Below, piece after piece: positions 38,690-47,391 of a stretch of DNA of 50,778 nucleotides. The translations under genes and the position numbers were made by a program. The stretch is from NCBI GenBank assembly GCA_964613475.1, contig CAZTGV010000006.1:1-50778 (forward strand). Direction: 5' to 3'. Numbering within the stretch: the first letter of the stretch is position 1; each line of letters opens with the position of its first letter. The notes below the pieces were generated by a model. The model was not told the origin of the DNA. It saw nothing but the letters and a program-made list of their open reading frames with translations, and made no database searches. This stretch comes from an uncultured Gemmatimonadota bacterium (GTDB taxonomy: Bacteria > Gemmatimonadota > Gemmatimonadetes > Palauibacterales > Palauibacteraceae).

Positions 38690-39472
38690 ATGTCGCAGGG
38701 GAACGGGCCGTTCTTCGCCGCCAACTGGAAGATGCACAAGGGGCCGCGCCAGGCGCGCGCGTTCGTGGAGTCCTTCGTCGCCCTGCACGCGCCGCGCCCG
38801 GGCGCCCGGGTCGTGTTCTTCCCCCCGGCGATCAGCATCTCCGCCTTCCGGCGCGCGGCGGGGGATCGGGAGGACCTCGAGATCGGCGTCCAGGACGTGC
38901 ACGAGGAGCGCGAGGGCGCGCACACCGGCGCGATCTCGGCGGCCATGGCCGCCGAGGCAGGCGCGCTGTGGGGCCTGGCCGGGCACTCGGAGCGGCGCCG
39001 GGAGTTCGGGGACGACGACGAGCGGGTGGGCCGCAAGCTGAAGCGGCTGCTCCAGGCCGGCCTCCGCCCGATCCTCTGCGTCGGGGAGACGCTGGAGCAG
39101 CGGGAGGAGAACCGGCTGTACGAGGTGCTGTCGCGCCAGGTGGGAACCGCGCTCCGCGAGCTCGGCCCCGACGAGCGGCGGGCCCTGGCCTACGCCTACG
39201 AGCCGGTGTGGGCGATCGGTACCGGCCGCAACGCGGAGCCGGAGGACGCCGCCGAGGCGCACGCCATCCTGCGGAAGCGGATCGGCCACCTGACGGACGA
39301 GGAGACCGCAGCGCGGGCGCCGATCCTGTACGGCGGGAGCGTGAAGCCGAGCAACATCGCCTCCCTCCTCGCCGCCGAGGGGATCGACGGCGTGCTGGTG
39401 GGCGGCGCGAGCCTGGAGCCGGAGAGCTTCGCGTCGATCTGCGCGGCCGAGGCCGGCGCGCGCACCGCCTGA
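38690..39472 (+). CDS. tpiA: Triosephosphate isomerase
   Basis: ANWKM, GHSERR, AYEPVWAIGTG, YGGSV, LVGGASL. Confidence 0.97.
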   Translation: MSQGNGPFFAANWKMHKGPRQARAFVESFVALHAPRPGARVVFFPPAISISAFRRAAGDREDLEIGVQDVHEEREGAHTGAISAAMAAEAGALWGLAGHSERRREFGDDDERVGRKLKRLLQAGLRPILCVGETLEQREENRLYEVLSRQVGTALRELGPDERRALAYAYEPVWAIGTGRNAEPEDAAEAHAILRKRIGHLTDEETAARAPILYGGSVKPSNIASLLAAEGIDGVLVGGASLEPESFASICAAEAGARTA

Positions 39473-39479
39473 GGCATCG

Positions 39480-39508
39480 TTGATTTCGCCGGGCCGTGCC
39501 CCTAGCTT
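39480..39508 (+). promoter_or_regulatory. Sigma-70-type promoter upstream of secG
   Basis: TTGATT-17 nt-TAGCTT. Confidence 0.5.
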
Positions 39509-39575
39509 TCTAAGGCGCCGGCCCGGGAGGGCGAGGCCTCCGGGGCGTCCGAGCGCGCAAAGACGGAGACACGAC

Positions 39576-39609
39576 GAGGCGACGCGTCACGGAGCGCGCG
39601 CCTCTTTTT
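39576..39609 (+). terminator. Intrinsic terminator-like hairpin between tpiA and secG
   Basis: GAGGCG..CGCG / CGCG CGCCTC stem followed by TTTTT. Confidence 0.55.
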
Positions 39610-39661
39610 CACGCCCCCGGGCGGAAGCGTCCGGGAGCTCCAACGCGGAGCCGATCGCGGC

Positions 39662-40078
39662 ATGTACACGTTCCTCATCCTGGCGATCTCGCTGGTGGCC
39701 CTGCTGCTCTGCGTGATCATCCTGATCCAGTCGGGGAAGGGCGGAGGCCTGGCGGCCAGCTTCGGCGGCGCCTCCTCCTCCACCGAGTCGTTCATGGGCG
39801 GACGCCAGACCGCCTCCGTGCTCACCAAGCTGACGTGGGTCGGGGGCGGCGTCTTCCTGTTCCTGGCGCTCGTCCTCACGGTCTTGTCGACGCGTCTCGG
39901 CGAGGCGCCCGACTCGGTGCTCCAGGAGGGCATGGGGCCGTCGCCCCAGGTGCCGGCGGACCCGACGAGCGTGCTGGAGAGCGAGCGGACCGGGATCCCG
40001 GGCGGCGCGGAGCCGGTGCCCGCGGGCGAGCCCGACCCCGGCGGGGGCGGAGCGGAGGGCGGCGAGGGCGGCTCCTAG
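39662..40078 (+). CDS. secG: Preprotein translocase subunit SecG
   Basis: ILIQSGKGGGLAASFGG, LTKLTW; follows tpiA. Confidence 0.94.
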   Translation: MYTFLILAISLVALLLCVIILIQSGKGGGLAASFGGASSSTESFMGGRQTASVLTKLTWVGGGVFLFLALVLTVLSTRLGEAPDSVLQEGMGPSPQVPADPTSVLESERTGIPGGAEPVPAGEPDPGGGGAEGGEGGS

Positions 40079-40115
40079 CCTGGCCGAGGCCTCCGAGGCC
40101 GACCGTCGTCGCCCC

Positions 40116-40730
40116 TCAGTCCGGGCCCGAGTCCGGGTCCGGAGGGGTCGGGTCCGGCCGGAACGACTCCTCCGACGGCACGTCCAGGAAGTCGGCGAAC
40201 CGTCCGTCGTCGATCCGGGCGGACACCCACTCGTCGAAGCCGGAGGGTACAGGGCCCTCCGAACGGTCGCCCTCCCGGGCCGCGCGCACGGCGAGCCAGT
40301 GGGCGTACTCGTTCTTCGGGTGCTCGGCGTGTCCCCGCACCCAGCGCCACTCGACCTCGTGACGCCGGGCCTCGCGGGCCAGCCGCTTCCACAGGGGCAG
40401 GTTCTCGATCCGTCCCCCCTTCCGCCGCCAGCCGCGCTCCGCCCAGCGATGGATCCAGTCCTTCATCCCCTTCACCAGGTACTCGCTGTCGCTGGTGAAG
40501 ACGACGCGGCACGGACGCCGGAGGACGGCGAGCCCGAGGATGCCGGAGACGATCGCCATCCGGTTGTTCGTCGTATCCGGCTCGTGCCGCCAGACGTCCC
40601 GCCGGTGCCAGCCCCGCCGCGCGTCGAAGCGCTCGAGCAGCGCGGCGGCCGCGCCGGGATTGGCGCGACCCTGGAACTGGTTGCCGAGGCAGGATTCGTC
40701 GGCGAAGATGTAGACCAGCGGTTCGCTCAC
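40116..40730 (-). CDS. rnhA: Ribonuclease HI-like protein with atypical active site
   Basis: ADESCLGN, TTNNRM, SDSEY..W...GW, NLPLW, WVRGHAEHPKNE; GTG start. Confidence 0.85.
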   Translation of the reverse strand: MSEPLVYIFADESCLGNQFQGRANPGAAAALLERFDARRGWHRRDVWRHEPDTTNNRMAIVSGILGLAVLRRPCRVVFTSDSEYLVKGMKDWIHRWAERGWRRKGGRIENLPLWKRLAREARRHEVEWRWVRGHAEHPKNEYAHWLAVRAAREGDRSEGPVPSGFDEWVSARIDDGRFADFLDVPSEESFRPDPTPPDPDSGPD

Positions 40731-40829
40731 CCCGGCGTCCTTTCGCGTCGCGCGCCGCCCCTGGGGCGGCGCCACCCGGCCGGGCCTCGAAGCCGTGGAC
40801 CTTCGACCGGAGCCTAAGCGAAGCCCGAG

Positions 40830-42098
40830 GTGATGGACGCGCAAGCCGTGGAAGACGAGTCCCCGCCGAACGGCGGTCCCGGCCGGCCGGAAGGCGACGA
40901 TCCCGCACGGCGGGAGGGCTACCTCCTGCTCGAGGACGGTCGCCGCTTCGAGGGGCGCTATCTCGGCCCGCCCGAGGGGGCGCGCGGCGAGGCCGTCTTC
41001 ACGACCGTGCTCACCGGCTACCAGGAGGTCCTGACCGACCCGTCCTTCGCCGGCCAGATCGTCGTGATGACCGCACCGATGATGGGCGTGTACGGCACCG
41101 ATCCGGCGGACGAGCAGTCCCGACGCCCGTGGGTCGCCGGTTTCGTGGTGCGGCACCTCTCGGCGGCGTCGGGCGAGACGGGAGCGCCCGCCGACGGGCC
41201 GACGTCGGAGCGCGCGGCCCGCGCCGCCGAGGAGGCGCCGGAGCTCGCGGCCTACCTGCGGCGGCACGGGATCCCGACCCTCACGGAGGTCGACACGCGC
41301 GCGGTGACCCGGCACATTCGGGAGGCCGGCGCCATGCGGGCCGCGATGTTCCCGGCCGCGGTGCCGACGGCCGAGGCGGAGCGCCGGCTGCGGGCCGAGC
41401 CTCCCATGCGCGGCCGCGACCTGGCCACCCGGGTGAGCGCGCCCGAGCCGTACGAGCTGGCGCCCGCCGGGCCGGCGCGCGGCCTGGTGCTCTGTCTCGA
41501 CTACGGCGTGAAGCGGCGCAGCCTGGAGCTGATCCGGGACGCCGGGTTCAGCGTCCGGGTGCTGCCGGCCGACACTACCCCCGAAGCGCTCCTCGGGGCG
41601 GGGGCGAGCGGGCTGTTCGTCTCGAACGGACCGGGGGACCCGGAGGCCGTGCCGGGGGCGGTGGAGCGCATCCGGGCGGCGAGCGACGCGGGCCTGCCGG
41701 TGTTCGGCATCTGCCTCGGCCACCAGCTGGTGGCGCGCGCCTTCGGCGGCCGCAACTTCAAGCTCGCGTACGGACACCGGGGCGGAAACCACCCGGTGAA
41801 GAACCTGGAGACGGGCGCGGTCGAGATCACCTCCCAGAACCACGGTTTCGCGGTGGTCGCCGGGGAAGTGGAGGGCGAGGAGGTGGCGGGCGCCCCGGCC
41901 CTGCGCGTCACCCATCGGAACCTGAACGACGGCACGATCGAGGGCCTCGCCCACCGGGAGCGGGCGGTGTTCGCGGTGCAGTACCATCCCGAGTCGGCGC
42001 CCGGGCCGCACGACAGTCGTTACCTGTTCGAGCGCTTCGTGACCGCAATGACGGAACTATCGAGACCTCAAGAGGTTGACAGCGCCGGATCCGCCTGA
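40830..42098 (+). CDS. carA: Carbamoyl-phosphate synthase small subunit
   Basis: GYQEVLTDPS, SNGPGDP, FGICLGHQ, GHRGGNHPV, SQNHGF, QYHPE. Confidence 0.96.
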   Translation: MMDAQAVEDESPPNGGPGRPEGDDPARREGYLLLEDGRRFEGRYLGPPEGARGEAVFTTVLTGYQEVLTDPSFAGQIVVMTAPMMGVYGTDPADEQSRRPWVAGFVVRHLSAASGETGAPADGPTSERAARAAEEAPELAAYLRRHGIPTLTEVDTRAVTRHIREAGAMRAAMFPAAVPTAEAERRLRAEPPMRGRDLATRVSAPEPYELAPAGPARGLVLCLDYGVKRRSLELIRDAGFSVRVLPADTTPEALLGAGASGLFVSNGPGDPEAVPGAVERIRAASDAGLPVFGICLGHQLVARAFGGRNFKLAYGHRGGNHPVKNLETGAVEITSQNHGFAVVAGEVEGEEVAGAPALRVTHRNLNDGTIEGLAHRERAVFAVQYHPESAPGPHDSRYLFERFVTAMTELSRPQEVDSAGSA

Positions 42099-42105
42099 TT
42101 AGGTT
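42076..42105 (+). promoter_or_regulatory. Sigma-70-type promoter upstream of sppA
   Basis: TTGACA-18 nt-TAGGTT overlapping the carA end. Confidence 0.45.
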
Positions 42106-42208
42106 GATCGCGCCCGCGGCGGGGCTGTAGGCCCGCCCCTCCCGGGACGGGCGACGGTCCTCCGACCTCCTCGCCCCCCGGGCAACCCACACGCAGGGGA
42201 TCGGCCCG

Positions 42209-43111
42209 TTGGCTTGGAGCCGACGAACCACAGTCGCGACGATCGCGCTGCTTCTACTCACCTTCGCGGGCGGCGTGTACGTCTCCGCCCGGCTGCTCCT
42301 CGGCGAGGGCGTGCCCGTCCTCACCGGCAGCCGGGTGGCGATTCTCCCGATCGAGGGAGTCATCGCCTCCGAGGAGGAGGTCCTCCGCAACCTCCGGAGC
42401 TTTCGCGAGGACGCGTCCGTGCGCGCTTTCGTGCTCGAGATCCGCTCTCCCGGGGGCGGGGTGGGCGCCTCGCAGGCGATCTATCAGGAGCTCCAGCGCC
42501 TGAAGGAGGAGGACGACCGACCGGTGGTCGCCTGGCTCGGCGACGTGGCCGCCTCGGGCGGCTACTACGTGAGCTTGCCGGCCGACAGCATCTACGCGCT
42601 CCCCGGGACGATCACCGGCTCGATCGGGGTGATCATGGAGTTCCCGAACGCCCAGGAGCTCTTCCGCAAGGTCGGCATCGGGTGGGAGGTGGTGAAGAGC
42701 GGACCCCACAAGGACGTGGGCTCCCCGTTCCGGCCCATGACGGAGGAGGACCGCGAGATCCTGGAACGGCTGGTCGGGGACGTGTGGGAGCAGTTCGTGG
42801 AGGCGGTGGCCGAGAGCCGCGGGCTGGGGCGGGAGCGGGTCGAGGCCCTGGCCGATGGCCGGGTGTTCACCGGGGAGCGGGCGATCGGGCTCGGCCTGGT
42901 GGACGGCATCGGGTCGCTGGAGCAGGCGATCGACGTGGCCGGGCGCCTCTCCGGGCTCGGCGAGGGACCGGCCACCATCCGACCGCGGGAGCGCCGGCTC
43001 GGCCTGCTCGACCTGCTGATCGGGGTGCCCGAGGGGGAGTGGCGGCGTTGGACGCGCTGGATGCCGACCGGGGCCGGCGTGACGCCCCGGCTGCTGTACG
43101 AGTGGAGGTGA
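42209..43111 (+). CDS. sppA: Signal peptide peptidase SppA (S49, 36K type)
   Basis: SPGG, AASGGYY, TGSIGVI, KSGPHKD, DGRVFTG; TTG start. Confidence 0.93.
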   Translation: MAWSRRTTVATIALLLLTFAGGVYVSARLLLGEGVPVLTGSRVAILPIEGVIASEEEVLRNLRSFREDASVRAFVLEIRSPGGGVGASQAIYQELQRLKEEDDRPVVAWLGDVAASGGYYVSLPADSIYALPGTITGSIGVIMEFPNAQELFRKVGIGWEVVKSGPHKDVGSPFRPMTEEDREILERLVGDVWEQFVEAVAESRGLGRERVEALADGRVFTGERAIGLGLVDGIGSLEQAIDVAGRLSGLGEGPATIRPRERRLGLLDLLIGVPEGEWRRWTRWMPTGAGVTPRLLYEWR

Positions 43112-43223
43112 CGAGGGGACCGGACAGGGCGCGGCCGGCCGGTCCCGCCGATCCGCCCGGCCCCGGGGGTCGGGCGAGCGCCCGTTCGCAGGCGTCTACT
43201 ACGAGAAGAGGAGGGGAGGAGCC

Positions 43224-43520
43224 ATGACCAAGGCGGATTTGGTGGAACAGGTGTACGAGGCGATCGGTCCGGGCATCACGAAGAAGGACTGCGGCGCCGT
43301 GGTGGACGCGTTCCTGAACGCGGTGAAGCAGGCGCTGGCGAACGAGCAGCACATCGAGATCCGCGGCTTCGGCACCTTCAAAGTCCGGCATCGCAAGTCG
43401 CGGATGGCGCGGAACCCGCGGACGGGCGAGCCGGTGCGCGTGCCGGCCCGGACGGTTCCGGTGTTCAAGCCGTCGCGCCTGTTCAAGGAGCACGTCGCCG
43501 AAGAAGCCGACTGGCCATAG
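43224..43520 (+). CDS. HU/IHF family DNA-binding protein (IHF-beta-like)
   Basis: MTKADLV, IEIRGFGTF, ARNPRTGE, FKPS; strong RBS. Confidence 0.95.
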   Translation: MTKADLVEQVYEAIGPGITKKDCGAVVDAFLNAVKQALANEQHIEIRGFGTFKVRHRKSRMARNPRTGEPVRVPARTVPVFKPSRLFKEHVAEEADWP

Positions 43521-43557
43521 GCGTAGCCGCGGCGTTTCCCCTCGGTCTCCATCCGGC

Positions 43558-43589
43558 GCCGGGGGGAAATCGGGTCCTCGGCCCCCGGC
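43558..43589. terminator. Hairpin between convergent genes
   Basis: GCCGGGGG ... CCCCCGGC inverted repeat. Confidence 0.4.
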
Positions 43590-44764
43590 TAGGGTCGGAC
43601 CTCGGTGAAGAAGCGGCGGAGGCGTGAGAGGCCCTCGTCCATCGTCTCGGGGGCCACGGCCAGGTTGAGCCGCAGGTGCCCCGGGGAGCCAAACGGCTCG
43701 CCGGGGATCGCCGCCACGCCCGCCTCCATGAGGAGCCGCTCGGCGACCTGCAGCGAGGGCTCCTCCCCCGTCAGCCGGAGGTAGAAGTAGATCGCCCCGG
43801 CGGGGGGGCGGAACTCCAGGCCGGGGAGGTCGGCCAGGACGGCGGCGCCCATGTCGCGCGTCCGGCGCAGCCGCTCCAGCAGCCCCTCGACCGCCGCCTC
43901 GCGCGCCGCGGCCTCGCCCAGCGCGGCGGCCGCGGCGTGCTGGGAGGGGGTCACCGCGCCGGAGGTCGTCTGGCTCTGGAGCGCCGTCGCTTTGGCGATC
44001 AGCGGCGCGGGACCCACCGCATAGCCGATCCGCCATCCCGTCATGCAGAAGGCCTTGGACACCCCGTCGAACAGGACCACCCGCTCCGGCCGGTCCTCCA
44101 CGTCGAACACCGAGGGGGCGGGCCCGTCGGCGAAGTGGAGCCGGCGGTAGATCTCGTCCGACAGCACCCACAGGTCGTGCTCACCCGCCCAGGCGAGGAT
44201 CCGCGCCAGCCGGTCGCGTCCGTAGACGGTGCCGGTCGGGTTGCCCGGACTGTTCAGCAGGAGCCCCCGGGTCCGGTCGGTGCGGGCCCTCTCCAGCGCG
44301 TCCACCTCCAACTGGAAGCCCTCCTCCCAGGCCGTCTCGACCACCACGGGGGTCGCCCCCGCCAGCTCGACCAGGGTCGGGTAGGTGGGCCAGTAGGGGG
44401 CGGGCACCAGCACCTCGTCGCCCGGGCCGAAGAGGCAGTAGACCGCGTTGAAGAGCGCCTGCTTCACTCCCGCGCTCACCAGCACGGCGGCGGGGTCGTC
44501 GGGGGCGCGGACGACGGTCTCCCGCAGGTAGTCGACGATTGCCCGGCGCAGCGCCGGGATCCCCTGGGTCGGCGGATAGTCGGTCCGGCCCTCCCGGATC
44601 GCGCGGATGCCGGCCTCCGCCGCGTAGGGCGGGGTGCCGAACGCGGGCTCTCCGGCGGAGAGGTCCACGATGGAGCGTCCTTCCTCGGCGAGGCGGCGGG
44701 CACGCGCCGCGAGCGCCAGGGTAGCGGAAGGTCTCAGCGACGCGATGTTGGACGAAAAGCGCAC
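43589..44764 (-). CDS. PLP-dependent aminotransferase class I/II (aspartate aminotransferase-like)
   Basis: GEP, NSPGNPTG, SDEIY, SKAFCMTGWRIGY. Confidence 0.93.
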   Translation of the reverse strand: MRFSSNIASLRPSATLALAARARRLAEEGRSIVDLSAGEPAFGTPPYAAEAGIRAIREGRTDYPPTQGIPALRRAIVDYLRETVVRAPDDPAAVLVSAGVKQALFNAVYCLFGPGDEVLVPAPYWPTYPTLVELAGATPVVVETAWEEGFQLEVDALERARTDRTRGLLLNSPGNPTGTVYGRDRLARILAWAGEHDLWVLSDEIYRRLHFADGPAPSVFDVEDRPERVVLFDGVSKAFCMTGWRIGYAVGPAPLIAKATALQSQTTSGAVTPSQHAAAAALGEAAAREAAVEGLLERLRRTRDMGAAVLADLPGLEFRPPAGAIYFYLRLTGEEPSLQVAERLLMEAGVAAIPGEPFGSPGHLRLNLAVAPETMDEGLSRLRRFFTEVRP

Positions 44765-44951
44765 GCTCCCTCGCTCGATTGAAGGGCGACGAGGCGGTCG
44801 GTATCTTCGACGTACGGAGCTTGCGGAAGCGAGACGACGCGGCGGACCCGCGCTCCGCGAGCCGGGGCCGGCGGATCATAGGGAGGCGCCCGCGAGCCCG
44901 TCAAGCGACAGCTCGGCGGGTTCGGACGGCGGAAGGAAGGCGACGACGGCG

Positions 44952-45305
44952 ATGACGACGGAGACCACCACGCACCTGCCGCCGGAGGCCGTCCTGCGGG
45001 CGGTGAAGCGGTTCTTCCTCGGCGAGGACGCCCTCCACAGCGCCTGGCTCGAGCGCGAGAGCGAGACCCACCTCGGCTTCGGCACCTTCCGCGGCAACAT
45101 CGCGGTCGCCGCCTTTCCGGATCCCGAACGGGAGGGCCGGACCCGGGTGCGCGTCTCCACGCTCCGCGAGGAGCACGCGGTGCCGCGCCTGATGACCTAC
45201 CTGCGCACCCTGGACGCCGGCGAGCGGACGGAGGAGACGGACGCCGCGGACCGTCCGGAGGGCGCGGACGCCGTGGAGCGTCCGCGGGAGGGGGCGCGTG
45301 CCTGA
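44952..45305 (+). CDS. Hypothetical protein
   Basis: GGAAGG RBS; high-GC3 globular segment; stop overlaps the next start. Confidence 0.65.
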   Translation: MTTETTTHLPPEAVLRAVKRFFLGEDALHSAWLERESETHLGFGTFRGNIAVAAFPDPEREGRTRVRVSTLREEHAVPRLMTYLRTLDAGERTEETDAADRPEGADAVERPREGARA

Positions 45306-46068
45306 GGCCGCCCGGCGCACGGCCGCCGCGATCCGGGTGCGCGTCCGCTTCTTCGCCCGCTTCCGGGAGCTGGCCGGGCGCGAGGAGGCGACCGTCGAGC
45401 TCGCCCCGGGGAGCACGGTCTCCGACCTTCTGGACGTGCTGCGCGAGCGATCGGGCCTCGGCGAGATCCCGGCCCGGCCGGCCGTGGCCGTGAACCGCGA
45501 GTACGCCCCGCCGGAGCGGCGGCTGGTCGACGACGACGAAGTGGCGCTCATCCCGCCGGTGGCCGGCGGCAGCGGTGCGCCCCGGATCCGGACCGAGATC
45601 GCGGCGGAGCCGCTCAAGCCCTCGCGGCTGCTCGAGGGGCTCGGCACGCACGAGGACGGGGCGGTCGTGCTCTTCATCGGACGCGTGCGGGCGCGGAACG
45701 CCGGGCGCCGCGTCGCGGCGCTCGCCTACGAGGCGTACCGGGAGATGGCCGAGCGGGAGCTCGAGGCGATCGCCCGCGAGGCCGCGGAAGCCCATGGGGC
45801 CGGCGCGATCGCCGCGGCGCACCGGGTGGGGGAGCTGGCGCTCGGCGAGCCGAGCGTGGCCATCGCGGTGGCGGCCCCGCACCGGGCGGAAGCGTACGCC
45901 GCCTCCCGGGCGGTGATCGAGATGATCAAGGAGCGGCTCCCCGTCTGGAAGCGGGAGCGCTACGCGGACGGCTCCGAGGACTGGGTCGGCGGGACCGAGG
46001 TCCGCCCGAACGCGGCCCGGGCCGCGGTCCCGGCCGAGGACGGCGCGCCGGCGGGCGGGACGCCGTGA
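45298..46068 (+). CDS. Fused molybdopterin synthase MoaD-MoaE (MoaX-like)
   Basis: VRFFA..RE..G, AVNREY..ALIPPVAGG (MoaD) directly followed by GAVVLF.GRVR, YEAY.EMA, HRVGEL, APHR, PVWKRE (MoaE). Confidence 0.92.
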   Translation: MPEAARRTAAAIRVRVRFFARFRELAGREEATVELAPGSTVSDLLDVLRERSGLGEIPARPAVAVNREYAPPERRLVDDDEVALIPPVAGGSGAPRIRTEIAAEPLKPSRLLEGLGTHEDGAVVLFIGRVRARNAGRRVAALAYEAYREMAERELEAIAREAAEAHGAGAIAAAHRVGELALGEPSVAIAVAAPHRAEAYAASRAVIEMIKERLPVWKRERYADGSEDWVGGTEVRPNAARAAVPAEDGAPAGGTP

Positions 46069-47045
46069 AGGACCAGCACGGGCGGCGGATCCGCTACCTG
46101 CGGATCTCGGTCACGGACAAGTGCAATCTCCGCTGCACGTACTGCATGCCGGTGGAGGGGTTGGAGTGGATCCCGAAGGCCGAGATCCTGCGCTACGAGG
46201 AGATCGCCGAGATCGTCCGTCAGATGGCCGACATGGGGCTCTCGCGGGTGCGGCTCACCGGCGGGGAGCCGCTCGTCCGTCCGGAGCTGGCGGAGCTCGC
46301 CCGGATGCTGTCGGCGGTGCCCGGGATCGAGGACATCGCGCTCTCGACGAACGCGGTGCTGCTGCCCCGGTTCGCCGACGCGCTGCGGGCCGCCGGGGTG
46401 CGCCGGGTGAACATCAGCCTGGACACCCTGCGGCGGGACCGCTTCGAGGAGATCGCCCGCCGTCCGGCGCGCTTCTTCGACGACACGCTCGCGGGGATCG
46501 AGGCCGCCGAGGCGACGGGCTTCGATCCGATCAAGATCAACTGCGTGGCGCTGCGCGGCCTGAACGACGACGAGCTGGTCGACTTCGCCGAGCGGACGCG
46601 GACCCGTCCCTGGCACGTGCGCTTCATCGAGCTGATGCCGGTGCAGGAGAACCTCCACCTGACGGACCACTTCCTTCCGGCCTCCGAGGTGCTGGCGCGC
46701 ATCCGGGAGCTCGGGGGGCTGGCGCCGGACGAGGGACCGACCGGCAACGGCCCGGCGCGCTACTTCCGGTATCCCGGCGCGCCCGGCACGATCGGGGTGA
46801 TCACGCCGCTCTCCCACAACTACTGCGACCGCTGCAACCGGATGCGGCTCACGGCGGACGGCAAGCTCCGCACGTGCCTGTTCGGGGACCACGAGATCGA
46901 CCTGAAGACGCCGCTCCGGACGACGGGACGGATCGAGGGGGCCGTTCGGCGGGCACTGGCCGGCAAGCCGAAGCGCCATTTCCTTCAGCTCGGAACGGCG
47001 CGGGGAAGCGGCGGCCTGGCGGCGCTCAGCCAGGTGGGCGGATGA
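46065..47045 (+). CDS. moaA: GTP 3',8-cyclase
   Basis: CNLRCTYC, TGGEP, CDRCNRMRLTADG.L..CL, terminal GG. Confidence 0.96.
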   Translation: MKDQHGRRIRYLRISVTDKCNLRCTYCMPVEGLEWIPKAEILRYEEIAEIVRQMADMGLSRVRLTGGEPLVRPELAELARMLSAVPGIEDIALSTNAVLLPRFADALRAAGVRRVNISLDTLRRDRFEEIARRPARFFDDTLAGIEAAEATGFDPIKINCVALRGLNDDELVDFAERTRTRPWHVRFIELMPVQENLHLTDHFLPASEVLARIRELGGLAPDEGPTGNGPARYFRYPGAPGTIGVITPLSHNYCDRCNRMRLTADGKLRTCLFGDHEIDLKTPLRTTGRIEGAVRRALAGKPKRHFLQLGTARGSGGLAALSQVGG

Positions 47046-47109
47046 GGCGCCGGGCGATCGAGGGGACGCGGCGGGTCGATGAGACGACGCGAGAGGGGAT
47101 GACGCAGGG

Positions 47110-47352
47110 ATGACCTACGAGGAGAGGCAGCGCTACCGCGACCTGAAGGACCGGCTCGGCGAGCTGCACGAGCGGCTGTCCGTCGGGCCGCCCGACCGTC
47201 CCGTGACCCGGGCGGAGATGATCGAGCTGCTCGAGCTGCTGGACGCCGCGGTGGAGCGCATGAGTCCGGAGCGCTGGGACCGCGCGCTGGACGCGGTCGC
47301 CGAGGAGGCGGCGCGGCGCGCCGGCGCGATGGCCGCCGCGCGCGGGTCCTGA
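47110..47352 (+). CDS. Small helical hypothetical protein
   Basis: High GC3; fills the gap between moaA and mdh. Confidence 0.6.
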   Translation: MTYEERQRYRDLKDRLGELHERLSVGPPDRPVTRAEMIELLELLDAAVERMSPERWDRALDAVAEEAARRAGAMAAARGS

Positions 47353-47391
47353 GCGCAGCGAAGGCGGACCGGAGAGAGAGGAGAGGGGCGC

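Noticed and set aside
40078-40116. tRNA-Leu that often follows secG
   Set aside because: Only ~37 bp of intergenic space and no cloverleaf
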